From: Desulfovibrio sp.
GTDB lineage: Bacteria; Desulfobacterota; Desulfovibrionia; Desulfovibrionales; Desulfovibrionaceae
Assembly: GCA_014804965.1 (NCBI GenBank)
Contig: JAAUYU010000025.1
Span: 17,747-81,376 of the forward strand
Reading direction: 5' to 3'
Length of the DNA stretch: 63,630 bases
A program made the position numbers and the translations under genes. The number at the start of each line of letters is the position of its first letter. The first letter of the stretch is position 1. Shown piece by piece: positions 8,842 through 18,261 of the stretch. The notes under the pieces were generated by a model that made no database searches, was not told the origin of the DNA, and worked only from the letters and a program-made list of their open reading frames with translations.

Positions 8842-9611
8842 TCCTGCTCCTCCCGGCGCATGCGCCTTTGCGGGGCTGCCGCGCCCTTCTTCGCCGTCCG
8901 GCCTCCGGCGGCCTTTTTCTTCTGCGGCCGCGCCGGGTCGCAGTAGTCCGCGCCGCCCGCGCCCCCGGCCAGCGCCCAGAGGTAGAGGCTCGCCGCCGAG
9001 GCGCAGGGCGAATAGCGCTTGCGCACCCGCGCGAGGAAGGCGGGCGTGAGCTCGCGCTTCCCGTAGAGCATCCTGAGGCCCTTGCGGATGCCGAAATCCC
9101 CCAGGCTCAGCACATCCCGGCGGCCGAGGGAGAAAATCATCAGCATTTCCGCCGTCCACCGCCCCACCCCCGGCAGCTCGCAGAGCGCGGCGCAGAGCGC
9201 GGCGTCGTCCAGCGCCGCAAGGCCCGCAAGGTCCAGCTCGCCGCAAAGGGCGCGCCGGGCGATCTCGCGGATATGGCCGGCCTTGCGCAGCGAGAGCCCG
9301 CAGGCGCGCAAGTCCTCGGGCGTTGCGGCGGCGAGGGTTTCCGGCGTGAAATCCGGGAAGGCCCCGAGCAGCCTGCGCCACACCGAGGCGTGCGCGGCCC
9401 CGGAAATCTGCTGCCCGGCAATGGCGTGGACAAGGGCCATGAAGGGATCGGGCAGGCGCTCGCGCCTGAGCGGGCCCACCGCTTCCATGAGCCTGGCGAG
9501 GGCCGCATCCCGGCCGGCGAGGTGCGCGATCTCGGCTTCCGTGGCCTCGATATGGCACGGCTCCGCGGCTACTCCGGGGGGCGCCCCGTCGGGCGCGGCG
9601 CGGCCGCTCAT
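8838..9611 (-). CDS. DNA-3-methyladenine glycosylase II (AlkA-like, HhH-GPD superfamily)
   Basis: HhH-GPD core LPGVGRWTAEMLMIFSLGRRDVLSLGD. Lys/Arg-rich C-terminal tail. ATGA overlap with the upstream gene. Confidence 0.8.
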   Translation of the reverse strand: MSGRAAPDGAPPGVAAEPCHIEATEAEIAHLAGRDAALARLMEAVGPLRRERLPDPFMALVHAIAGQQISGAAHASVWRRLLGAFPDFTPETLAAATPEDLRACGLSLRKAGHIREIARRALCGELDLAGLAALDDAALCAALCELPGVGRWTAEMLMIFSLGRRDVLSLGDFGIRKGLRMLYGKRELTPAFLARVRKRYSPCASAASLYLWALAGGAGGADYCDPARPQKKKAAGGRTAKKGAAAPQRRMRREEQE

Positions 9612-10663
9612 GCCTGCGCCTGGCCCGCGGCCCCGGCTGCCGACATGGTGGCTGGCAGAGGAATGGGCGCGTGGCAGCGCGGGCGCACCTTGCGGGTCAT
9701 GAGCCGGTTGAGGACGAATTCCGCGGGCTTCATGCCCTCGGGCACCGCGGCGAGGGGAAATTCCGCCCGGCCCATGTTGCGGTGGCCTCCCGCCGTGCCC
9801 ACGTCATGGAAGCAGGCGTCGGCGAAGCGGCCGATGTCCCGGCTGCCGTCACCGCGGAAGATGACGATGATGGTCTTGCCCACGATGCCGCTCACGGCGA
9901 TCCACTTGAGGCCGTGGACGCGGGTGAAGAAATCCGCCACGGAGACGAGCAGGTCCGCGCTCTTGATGTCGCCGAGCGCCGCATAGGCGCCGCCGCCGCG
10001 GCAGTCCGTGAGGCTGCGGAAGGCGCGGGAAAAGAAGGGCAGCCACGCGCGCAAATATTCGCTCCTGCTGATGCGCCGGAGCAGGTTGGCGTCCGCATGG
10101 TGGGAGAGCCACTGATAGGCCCTGAGGTCCTCCTCGCCGCCGGAGCGCTCGAAGGCCCCGGTATCCGTACGGATGCCGTAGAGGAGCGCCGTCGCCAACA
10201 GCGGCCCCGGCGTGAGGCGCAGCGCCTGGAGCAGGCGGGTCATCATGCTGCTGGTGGCGCCCACATCCGGATTGATGTAGCAGAAGGCGTCGGGCTCGAG
10301 CAGGTCCGTCAGGTCGGTGAGCGGGTGATGGTCGATGATGAGGCTGTAGACAAGGCCCGCGAAGGCCGGATGGTGCGCGGGCTGGGAATCCACCATGGCG
10401 AAGTGGTCATAGGAGCCGGCGCGCTCCGGCTCCCAGGGCTTCACCGGGATGCGCAGGTAGCGCACCATGGCGAGATTGTCGGGCCGCGTCACTTCATTGA
10501 TGCGCCGGATGTCCACCGAGCGCGTGCGCGGGTGCATCATGCGCTTGAGCGCCAGCGCCGAGGCCAGGGCGTCCGGGTCGGCATTGATGAGGATGCACCA
10601 GCGCTCGTCCTTCACCAGGGCCTGCCGCCACTGCCTGAAGGCAAGGATCTGTTCCTGATTCAC
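9608..10663 (-). CDS. DHH-family phosphoesterase (NrnA-like)
   Basis: IIDHHP (DHH motif), with DHH plus DHHA1-like length. GTG start overlapping the upstream stop (GTGA). Confidence 0.75.
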   Translation of the reverse strand: MNQEQILAFRQWRQALVKDERWCILINADPDALASALALKRMMHPRTRSVDIRRINEVTRPDNLAMVRYLRIPVKPWEPERAGSYDHFAMVDSQPAHHPAFAGLVYSLIIDHHPLTDLTDLLEPDAFCYINPDVGATSSMMTRLLQALRLTPGPLLATALLYGIRTDTGAFERSGGEEDLRAYQWLSHHADANLLRRISRSEYLRAWLPFFSRAFRSLTDCRGGGAYAALGDIKSADLLVSVADFFTRVHGLKWIAVSGIVGKTIIVIFRGDGSRDIGRFADACFHDVGTAGGHRNMGRAEFPLAAVPEGMKPAEFVLNRLMTRKVRPRCHAPIPLPATMSAAGAAGQAQA

Positions 10664-11427
10664 GCCACGCCTCCTCTCAAGCGGGCCGCGCCGCCCAGGC
10701 GCGCTTCGGCCGCCGCCTCCCCGAGCCAGCGCCGCGAGGCCTTCACCCCCGGCCAGTCAAAGATCTCCAGAAGGTGCACGGCCTCCGGCGAAATGCGCCG
10801 CAAGAGCCCTCGCGCCACGGCCCGCTGGCCCGCGGTGAGCGCCGGGAGCGGCAGGTGACGGTCCTTGCCGGGCTGGGGGCCCGGCGCGCTCCAGTGGATG
10901 AGGCGCGCCCGCTCCGGCAGTTCCGACGCCAGAAGTTCAGCCTGAGCATAGCCCAGGAGATGCCCAACGTCCAGACACACGCCCAGGCCCTCCCCTTCAA
11001 GGAAGGCCAAGCCGAGCCCGGTCAACTGGCAGCCGCGGATATTTTCGAGGAGGAGCGGGGGCGCGCCCCCGGCCCGCCAGCGCCGGGCGAAGGCGGCGAG
11101 CGCCTTGCGGGCGGCGTCCCGAGGCAAATCCGCGGGCGGATGCAGCACGGCGAGATGCGGCGAGAGATACGCGACGCGCCCGAAAACCGCGAGCGCCGCC
11201 CCGGCCGCGGCCTCGCCGCCATCCCCCCAGGGAAGGTCAACAGGCAGATGCACATGCCAGCGGAGGGGGAGTTCCGCCAGTTCCGGCGGCAGGTCGGCCG
11301 CCGTATAGGCGAGGCAGCCGGCCGTCTCAAAGCAGCACAGGCCCACCTCCTCCACGCGGCCCGCGAGAAAGCGCGCGTTTTCCGCCACCGTGCCGGGGAG
11401 CACGAAGGAGGGTGCGGCCACACGCAT
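10660..11427 (-). CDS. Xylose isomerase-like TIM-barrel (AP endonuclease 2 family) protein, tentatively a CbiR-like cobamide-remodelling phosphodiesterase
   Basis: The N-terminal pattern PSFVLPGTVAENARFLAGRVEEVGLCCFE resembles CbiR-type proteins from memory. The functional label is tentative. Confidence 0.5.
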   Translation of the reverse strand: MRVAAPSFVLPGTVAENARFLAGRVEEVGLCCFETAGCLAYTAADLPPELAELPLRWHVHLPVDLPWGDGGEAAAGAALAVFGRVAYLSPHLAVLHPPADLPRDAARKALAAFARRWRAGGAPPLLLENIRGCQLTGLGLAFLEGEGLGVCLDVGHLLGYAQAELLASELPERARLIHWSAPGPQPGKDRHLPLPALTAGQRAVARGLLRRISPEAVHLLEIFDWPGVKASRRWLGEAAAEARLGGAARLRGGVA

Positions 11428-11447
11428 GGGACCGGAAACTCCCGGAC

Positions 11448-14375
11448 CTACAGAACCGCGCGCTTCGCCCAGCCGGCCGCTTCGGCGGCGGCCTCCGCCT
11501 TCTGGCCGCCGAGCACGCTGATCTCCCCGCTTTCCGCCGCCTTTTCCAGCGTGTCGGCGAAGCGCACGAAGTCCTCCGCCGTGGTGGCGAGCATCTCCTC
11601 GCGCGTGCGCTGGCGCAGTTCCTCGGTGTTGCCGGAAAGCCAGGTGCCGAGGGCGCGGGCGCCGCGCGCATCGGGGAGGAGATAGGCGTCGAGGTCGCCC
11701 ACGGCCCCCACGATGGCCTGGGTGAGCCGCACCCGGTCCGGCGGCACACTGCGCAGGTAGGCGGCAAGCCCGTCATAGGCGGCGAGGGTGCGCTCCACAT
11801 TGGGGTCGCGGTAGGAGGCGCAGACGAGCGTCCCGCCCACGCGGTCGAGCGTGCAGAAAACGCCGTAGGCCCCGCCGCGCACGCGCACCTCGTCCCAGAG
11901 GCGGCCCATGCGCAAGTAACGGAGGATGACGCTGGCCGAGCCGTGCCACGCATAGCCGAGGTCGTAGAGGTTGGCGCCCTTGCCCACATAGTTGACCTGC
12001 GCGGGTGTGATGAGCGCCTCGGCCCGCGGAAGCCCGGTCAGGGGCGAAAGCGTGGCGATGTCGAGCCCGTCTGTGGCGCCGGGCCCCTGTGGCAGCCGCG
12101 CGAGCAGCGCCGCGGCGTGGCGCTCGGCCAAGGAAAGGCCCGCGGCCTCGGCCGTGCAGTCGAAGATGACGCCGCTCTGGACGATGCGCCGGCGCAGTTC
12201 CTCGAGGTCGGCGAGCACGCTTTCCGGCTCCGCCTCAAGGCGCGCGAGCAGGCCGCGCACCGACTCCAGATAGCTCAATCCGGCAAGCTGTTCGGCCAGC
12301 GCCCCCTCCCCGGTGTAGCGGGCGCGCAGGCGCGCGCTCACCGTGGCGTGCCCGGCCGCCTGGATGCCGTATTCGAGCCGGGCCTTTTCCTCGAGGAGCA
12401 TCTGGCCCAGGCGCTCGGCCAGCATGTCCTTGTCCTGCGCGGGCTCGAGCAGGACTTCCTCCATGATGGCGAAGAGGTCCGGAATCTTGTCATAGACGGC
12501 CTTGCCGGAGAGCGCCACATGGCAGAAGGTCTCGCGGCTCCCGAGCTTCAGGCCCGTGAGCGGGGTCGCGCCCACGCCGCCCGTCTTGGCGGCCATGTGC
12601 GCGCCGAGGGCCGCCATGTCGCGCCGGGCCGTGCCCGTCTCGGTGAGGGCCCGACAAAAGAGCGGCAAAAGCGGCAAAAGCCGCTCCGGGAGCTTCGTCA
12701 CGGGCAAGAGCAGGCTCGCGTAGGCGATGCCCGCGGTGGGAAGCTCGTGCGCGAGCGCCGTCTGCGGGATCTGCCGCTCGGAAAGCGGCAGGGGCTTGTT
12801 GCGCGGCGGAAGGTCCGCAAGGCCCAGGGCCGGGATGGTGGCCAGCGCCTCGGGGCTGTCGGGCGCGGCCTGCGCTTCCTCCAGGTGGCGCGTCTCCTCC
12901 ACGAGGAGGTCTCGTTCCTCCGGCGAGGCGGCGGCCCGCACAGCCTCCAGCCGCGCGGCCTCGGCGGCGAGGCGTGCCTCGCCGAGCTTCGCGTCCGGCA
13001 AAAGCACCACATGGGCGCGGTGCGGATTGTCGAGGAAATTGCGGCGGAGCGCCTCCTCAAAGACCGGCTCCCCGGCGGCGATGCGGGCCTTGATGGCTTC
13101 AAGCGGCGCCTCCCAGGCGAGCGGCGCCAGCGGGTCGCCGTCATAGAGCCAGGTGGAGAGGGCCTGGATCATGGCGGCCAGCCCGCGCGGGAAGCGGCCG
13201 GAATTGTTCTCCCGGTAGGCGAATTCCACGCTGTTGACCGCGGCCTCCACGGCTTCCCGCGGGATGCTGTTTTCGGCGAGGCCGCGCAGGGTGTCGAGGA
13301 TGAGGGCCTCGGCGCGGGGCACATCCTCCAGCGCCACGCCCTTGAGACCCGTGGAATAGTACATCTGGCGCAGGTCCGTCTCGAGGCCGCAGCCCGTGGT
13401 GTCCTCGCCGAGGCCGGAGCTGATGAGCGCGAGCCTGAGCGGCGAGCCGGGCAGGCCCTCGAGGATATGCTCCAGCATTTCCATGAGCAGGGCCTCGTGG
13501 ATGTCGCCGCGCTCGCCCAGAAGCCAGTTGATGGTGAAGAGCGCGCGCGTCTCGCCGGGCGCGGCCGCATAGGGCACTTCCACCCGGCGCGGCGCAGAGA
13601 GGCGCTTCTGCAGGGGCACGGCCTCGTCCGCGGGCTCGGGCTTGCGGCTTGCAAGGCGCTTGAGCTCCGCGTCGATGCGCGCAAGGCGCTCGTCCTCCGG
13701 GTCGTCCCCCCAGAAGAAAAAGCGCGCGTTGCCCGGCTGGTAGTGACGGCGGTGAAATTCCTTAAAGGCGGCGTAGGCAAGGTCCGGGATGCGCTCCGGG
13801 TCGCCCCCGGAATCGAGGCTGTAGAGCGTGTCCGGGAAAACGGCCTGCTGGCTCTTTTCGGCGAGCACCGAATCGGGCGAGGAATAGGCGCCCTTCATCT
13901 CGTTGTAGACCACGCCCTTGTAGGTCCAGGGCGCGTCGCCCGCCGGGGCCTCCACATGCCAGCCCTCCTGGCGGAAGATGTCCTCGCTGATGCGGGGGTG
14001 GAACACCGCGTCGAGGTAGACGTCGATGAGATTGTAAAAATCCTGCAAATTGGCGCTGGCAACCGGGTAGCAGGTCTTGTCCGGGAAGGTGAAGGCGTTG
14101 AGGAAGGTCTGGAGCGAGCCCTTGAGCAGTTCCACGAAGGGCTCCTTCACCGGGTAGCGCTCGGAGCCGCAGAGCACGGAATGCTCGAGGATATGGGCCA
14201 CGCCCGTGGAATCGGCGGGCGGCGTGCGGAAGCTGACGCCGAAGCACTTGTTCTCGTCCTGATTGACGATGGAGAGCAGTTGCGCCCCCGTGGCGTCATG
14301 CCGCCAGAGCCGCGCCGTGCCGCCCACTTCGGGCAGTTGCCGTTCTTCCGCCAGGGTGAATCCGTGCCGGGCCAT
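11448..14375 (-). CDS. M16C insulinase-family metallopeptidase (PreP-like)
   Basis: HILEH zinc motif near the N-terminus, about 975 aa, typical PreP length. ATG 14375 chosen; the upstream 159 codons of the track ORF are low-complexity. Confidence 0.85.
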   Translation of the reverse strand: MARHGFTLAEERQLPEVGGTARLWRHDATGAQLLSIVNQDENKCFGVSFRTPPADSTGVAHILEHSVLCGSERYPVKEPFVELLKGSLQTFLNAFTFPDKTCYPVASANLQDFYNLIDVYLDAVFHPRISEDIFRQEGWHVEAPAGDAPWTYKGVVYNEMKGAYSSPDSVLAEKSQQAVFPDTLYSLDSGGDPERIPDLAYAAFKEFHRRHYQPGNARFFFWGDDPEDERLARIDAELKRLASRKPEPADEAVPLQKRLSAPRRVEVPYAAAPGETRALFTINWLLGERGDIHEALLMEMLEHILEGLPGSPLRLALISSGLGEDTTGCGLETDLRQMYYSTGLKGVALEDVPRAEALILDTLRGLAENSIPREAVEAAVNSVEFAYRENNSGRFPRGLAAMIQALSTWLYDGDPLAPLAWEAPLEAIKARIAAGEPVFEEALRRNFLDNPHRAHVVLLPDAKLGEARLAAEAARLEAVRAAASPEERDLLVEETRHLEEAQAAPDSPEALATIPALGLADLPPRNKPLPLSERQIPQTALAHELPTAGIAYASLLLPVTKLPERLLPLLPLFCRALTETGTARRDMAALGAHMAAKTGGVGATPLTGLKLGSRETFCHVALSGKAVYDKIPDLFAIMEEVLLEPAQDKDMLAERLGQMLLEEKARLEYGIQAAGHATVSARLRARYTGEGALAEQLAGLSYLESVRGLLARLEAEPESVLADLEELRRRIVQSGVIFDCTAEAAGLSLAERHAAALLARLPQGPGATDGLDIATLSPLTGLPRAEALITPAQVNYVGKGANLYDLGYAWHGSASVILRYLRMGRLWDEVRVRGGAYGVFCTLDRVGGTLVCASYRDPNVERTLAAYDGLAAYLRSVPPDRVRLTQAIVGAVGDLDAYLLPDARGARALGTWLSGNTEELRQRTREEMLATTAEDFVRFADTLEKAAESGEISVLGGQKAEAAAEAAGWAKRAVL

Positions 14376-14526
14376 GCGCCCCCCTCCCGCTTGTGGTGCG
14401 CCGCCGGCAAGCCCCGGCGGCAAGGGCAGACTATAGGCATCGGGCGGCCTTTTGCAAGTGCGCCCCGCCTGGGCGCGGGCGTGGCGCGGGCCGCAGCGTG
14501 TCGGGGCGCCTTGCCAGGCCTGCGGC

Positions 14527-14555
14527 TTGTCAGGGCGGCGGCCCTCCCCTATACT
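14527..14555 (+). promoter_or_regulatory. Candidate sigma70-type promoter of aroC
   Basis: TTGTCA (14527-14532), 17-nt spacer, TATACT (14550-14555). It lies 55 nt upstream of ATG 14611. Confidence 0.4.
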
Positions 14556-14610
14556 TCCGATGCCGTCGGCTTTTCCCACGGCGCCCCATCCTCCAGACAG
14601 GACTTGCAAC

Positions 14611-15726
14611 ATGGCGGGCAATACCTTCGGGCGCGTCCTGCGCCTGACCACCTTCGGCGAATCCCACGGCCCCGGGCTCGGCGGCGTGCTCGACGGCTGC
14701 CCGGCGGGGCTGCCCCTTGACGAAGCCGACCTCCAGGCCGAGCTCGACCTCAGGCGCCCTGGCCAGGGTCCAGCATCCACAAAAAGGAAGGAGCCGGACA
14801 GGGTGCGCCTGCTCTCCGGCGTGTTCGAGGGCCTGACCACGGGCACGCCCATTGCCTTCTACATCGCCAACGAGGACCAGCGCTCGCGCGATTACGGCAA
14901 CCTCGCGACGCTGTTCCGGCCCGGCCATGCGGATTGGGGCTATCACCAGAAATTCGGCGGCTTCCGCGATTACCGGGGCGGCGGCCGCTCCTCCGCCCGG
15001 GAGACCGCGGCCCGCGTGGCGGGCGGGGCCATTGCCCGCAAGCTCCTCACCGTGGAATGCGGCACGGTCATCCGCGCGGCCTGCGTGGAGCTCGGCGGTA
15101 TCGCCGTGCCCGAGGCGGACATCGAGCTGAAGGACGCCGTGGCGCGGCCCTATTTCGCCGCCTCCGAGGCAGCCCCGCCCCTCTGGGACGCGGCCGTGGC
15201 CGAGGCGCGCGCGGCGGGCGACACCTTGGGCGGCATCGTGCGCATCGTGGCAGAGCAGGTCCCCGCGGGCCTCGGCGAGCCGGTATTCGACCGCCTGGAC
15301 GCCACGCTGGCCCATGCGCTCATGAGCGTGGGCGCGGTCAAGGGCGTGGAGGTGGGGGACGGCTTCGCGGCCGCGCGGAGTCGCGGCTCGGCCAACAATG
15401 ACCCCCTCTTCCCCGCCGAAGGACGCGAGGGCTGCGGCCACAAGCCCCGCGCCCGCTTCGGCAGCAACCATGCGGGCGGCATCCTGGGCGGCATTTCCAG
15501 CGGGCAGGACATCGTACTGCAGGTGGCCGTCAAGCCCATTGCCTCCATCGCGCAGGAGCAGGCCACGGTGGACATCGATGGCCGGGCCACAACTGTCACC
15601 GTGGGCGGCCGCCACGACCTCGCCGCCATCCCGCGCATCGTGCCCGTGCTTTCCGCCATGACGGCGCTGGCGCTGGCCGACGCCCTGCTCATCCAGCGGC
15701 GCATGGCCGCCGGGGAATACCTGTGA
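14611..15726 (+). CDS. aroC: Chorismate synthase
   Basis: MAGNTFGRVLRLTTFGESHGPGLGGVLDGCPAG is the canonical AroC N-terminus; 371 aa. Confidence 0.95.
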   Translation: MAGNTFGRVLRLTTFGESHGPGLGGVLDGCPAGLPLDEADLQAELDLRRPGQGPASTKRKEPDRVRLLSGVFEGLTTGTPIAFYIANEDQRSRDYGNLATLFRPGHADWGYHQKFGGFRDYRGGGRSSARETAARVAGGAIARKLLTVECGTVIRAACVELGGIAVPEADIELKDAVARPYFAASEAAPPLWDAAVAEARAAGDTLGGIVRIVAEQVPAGLGEPVFDRLDATLAHALMSVGAVKGVEVGDGFAAARSRGSANNDPLFPAEGREGCGHKPRARFGSNHAGGILGGISSGQDIVLQVAVKPIASIAQEQATVDIDGRATTVTVGGRHDLAAIPRIVPVLSAMTALALADALLIQRRMAAGEYL

Positions 15727-15754
15727 GGCCGGGCGCGGCCCCGGAGCGCGCCTG

Positions 15755-18103
15755 ATGGCCCGCCAGCCGGACCTGCCCCTCCTGCGGGACGCCGACGCCG
15801 TGGAGCTCACGGGCACGGTGGAGCGCATCGTCTTTCATAATGAGGACAACGGCTTCACGGTGCTGCGCCTCCTGCCGGACGGGGACGCGGCGGCGGAAAG
15901 CCCGCGCGGCAAGGGTGCGGCCGCCCGGCCAGTGCCGCGCAGCCAGCGGGACCCGGTGGCCCTTGTGGGCCACATGACCCAGCCCAAGGCCGGGGCGCGC
16001 CTGCGCGTGCGCGGCCGCTGGACCACCAACCCGCGCTTCGGGCGGCAGGTGGAATTTTCCGAGGCAGAGGAGCTGCTCCCTGCCACGGCCGAAGGCATCC
16101 GCCTCTATCTCTCCTCCGGGCTCATCCGGGGCGTGGGCGAGGAGATGGCCGCCCGCATCGTGGACACCTTCGGCACGGACGCCCTGCGCGTGCTCGACGA
16201 GGATCCGGAGCGCCTGCTCGCCGTGCGCGGGCTCGGCCCTAAGAGCCTTGAGCGCATCCGCGAATCCTGGGCGCGGCACCGGGGCGTGCGCGACCTTCTC
16301 CTTTTTCTCCAGCCGCACGGCATCACCCCGGCGCTGGGGGTGCGCATCCACCGCGCCTATGGCGAGCACGCCCTGGAAATAGTGCGCGAAAATCCCTACC
16401 GCCTCGCCATGGACATACGGGGCATCGGCTTCCTCACGGCGGACGCCATCGCGGCCAAGCTGGGCTTCGCGCCTGACAGCCCCCTGCGCGTGCAGGCCGC
16501 GGCGCTCTACAGCCTGCAAAAGGCCACGGAAGAGGGCAATGTCTATTTGCCGGAGGCGCGCCTCGTGGAGGAGGTGGGCAACCAGGTGGGCGCGCCGCCC
16601 GAGGCCGTGCTGGACGCCCTGGACGCGCTGGAGCGCGACGAGCGCCTCGTGCGCGAGGATTTTTCCGAGGAGGAACCGCCCGCGGGGGTGGGCGGCGCCC
16701 CGGACGGTGCGGACGAGGCGGATGAAGCGGAGGCGCCTGACGGCGGCAGCATCGGCGTCTATCTCGGCCGCTACCACCATTGCGAGGCGAAAACCGCCTA
16801 CTATCTCCAGCGCCTGCTCCATTCGCCCAAGGCCGTGCGCCTCCCCGAGCCCGAGGCGCTGGCCCGGCAGGTGGCCGCGCAGCTTCCCATCGAGCTCGCG
16901 CCGGAGCAGCTCGCCGCGGTCACCGCCGCGGCCAAGAGCAAGGTGCTCGTCATCACCGGCGGTCCGGGCACGGGCAAGACCACCATCATCAACGCCATCA
17001 TCAGGCTCTTCGAGACCGCGCGGGCGCGCATCCTCCTCGCCGCTCCCACGGGCCGTGCAGCCAAGCGCATGGCCGAGACCTCGGGGCGGGAGGCGAAAAC
17101 CATCCACCGCCTGCTGGAATACAGCCCGCGTGAGGACGGCTTCGCCCGCAACGAGGACAATCCGCTCGCCTGCGGGCTGCTTGTGGTGGACGAGGCCTCC
17201 ATGATGGACTGCCTGCTCTTCTACCACCTGCTCAAGGCCGTGCCCCTCGGGGCCACGCTCGTGCTGGTGGGCGACGTGCATCAGCTCCCTTCCGTGGGGC
17301 CGGGCAATGTGCTCGGGGACGTCATCGCCTCGCGAGCCGCGCCCGTGGTGGAGCTCACCGAAATCTTCCGCCAGTCCGCGGAGAGCGAGATCATCTGCAA
17401 CGCGCACAGCATCAACCGCGGCGAGGTGCCCCTTTTGGAATCGAGCCGGGAGCGGCTTTCGGATTTCTACTTCATCCGCCAGGACGACCCGGAGCGCGCG
17501 GCCGCCCTCATGGTGGAGCTCGTCACGCGGCACATCCCGCGCCGCTTCGGGCTCGACCCGGTGGACGACGTGCAGGTGCTCACGCCCATGCACAAGGGCG
17601 CCGTGGGCGCGGGGCACATGAACGCCCTGCTGCAGGACGCGCTCAACCCGGGCGGGCTCGAGGTGCGCCGCGGCGAGCGCGCCTTCCGCCTGCAGGACAA
17701 GGTCATGCAGGTGCGGAACAATTACGAAAAGGACGTGTTCAACGGCGACATGGGCCGCATCACCCACATGGATACGCGCGAGCGCACCCTGAGCGTCACC
17801 TTCGACGGCCGCGTGGTGCCCTATGACTTCGATGAACTGGACGAGCTGGCCCCGGCCTACGCCATCTCCATCCACAAGTCGCAGGGCTCGGAATACCCGG
17901 CCGTGGTCATCCCGCTCATGATGCAGCACTATGTGCTTTTGCAGCGCAACCTCGTCTATACGGGCGTCACGCGCGGCAAGCGCCTTGTCATCCTCGTGGG
18001 CGAGCCGCGCGCCCTGCACCTCGCCGTCAAGAACAACAAGACGCACCGGCGCTTCACGCGCCTCGCCCAGCGCCTCGCCGGGGCCGACGGCCCCGCGCAT
18101 TGA
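15755..18103 (+). CDS. recD2: RecD2-type SF1B ATP-dependent DNA helicase (RecD/TraA family)
   Basis: 782 aa. Walker A GGPGTGKTT, Walker B VDEASMMD, C-terminal SIHKSQGSEY motif, and an N-terminal RecD2-type OB/HhH region. Confidence 0.9.
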   Translation: MARQPDLPLLRDADAVELTGTVERIVFHNEDNGFTVLRLLPDGDAAAESPRGKGAAARPVPRSQRDPVALVGHMTQPKAGARLRVRGRWTTNPRFGRQVEFSEAEELLPATAEGIRLYLSSGLIRGVGEEMAARIVDTFGTDALRVLDEDPERLLAVRGLGPKSLERIRESWARHRGVRDLLLFLQPHGITPALGVRIHRAYGEHALEIVRENPYRLAMDIRGIGFLTADAIAAKLGFAPDSPLRVQAAALYSLQKATEEGNVYLPEARLVEEVGNQVGAPPEAVLDALDALERDERLVREDFSEEEPPAGVGGAPDGADEADEAEAPDGGSIGVYLGRYHHCEAKTAYYLQRLLHSPKAVRLPEPEALARQVAAQLPIELAPEQLAAVTAAAKSKVLVITGGPGTGKTTIINAIIRLFETARARILLAAPTGRAAKRMAETSGREAKTIHRLLEYSPREDGFARNEDNPLACGLLVVDEASMMDCLLFYHLLKAVPLGATLVLVGDVHQLPSVGPGNVLGDVIASRAAPVVELTEIFRQSAESEIICNAHSINRGEVPLLESSRERLSDFYFIRQDDPERAAALMVELVTRHIPRRFGLDPVDDVQVLTPMHKGAVGAGHMNALLQDALNPGGLEVRRGERAFRLQDKVMQVRNNYEKDVFNGDMGRITHMDTRERTLSVTFDGRVVPYDFDELDELAPAYAISIHKSQGSEYPAVVIPLMMQHYVLLQRNLVYTGVTRGKRLVILVGEPRALHLAVKNNKTHRRFTRLAQRLAGADGPAH

Positions 18104-18185
18104 CAGGGGTGCAGTTCGCCGCTTAGGCTGCACTCTTCCCGAAAGCGCCGCCACGCCCCGGCACGGCGGCACGCCGCACGATTGC

Positions 18186-18261
18186 GGGCAGTTAGCTCAG
18201 CTGGCAGAGCATCGCCCTTACAAGGCGAGGGCCACAGGTTCAAATCCTGTACTGCCCACCA
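18186..18261 (+). tRNA. tRNA-Val(TAC): tRNA-Val, anticodon TAC, CCA encoded
   Basis: Hand-folded 76-nt cloverleaf: acceptor GGGCAGT/ACTGCCC, D arm GCTC-AGCTGGCA-GAGC, anticodon arm TCGCC-CTTACAA-GGCGA, T arm ACAGG-TTCAAAT-CCTGT. Confidence 0.93.

Noticed and set aside
8842-9558. N-terminal 239-codon extension of track ORF 8011..9558-. Similar extensions exist on 7242..8216-, 11448..14852-, 14452..15726+, 34341..35393+ and 37482..38597-.
   Set aside because: The extensions overlap the upstream gene or the intergenic region, are compositionally junk, and internal starts with good RBSs reproduce canonical family N-termini.
15755-18103. RecD2-type helicase as part of an anti-phage defence system.
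   Set aside because: It has the standard RecD2 architecture, backbone composition and housekeeping neighbours (aroC, a tRNA). No partner nuclease, methylase or other defence-type gene is adjacent.
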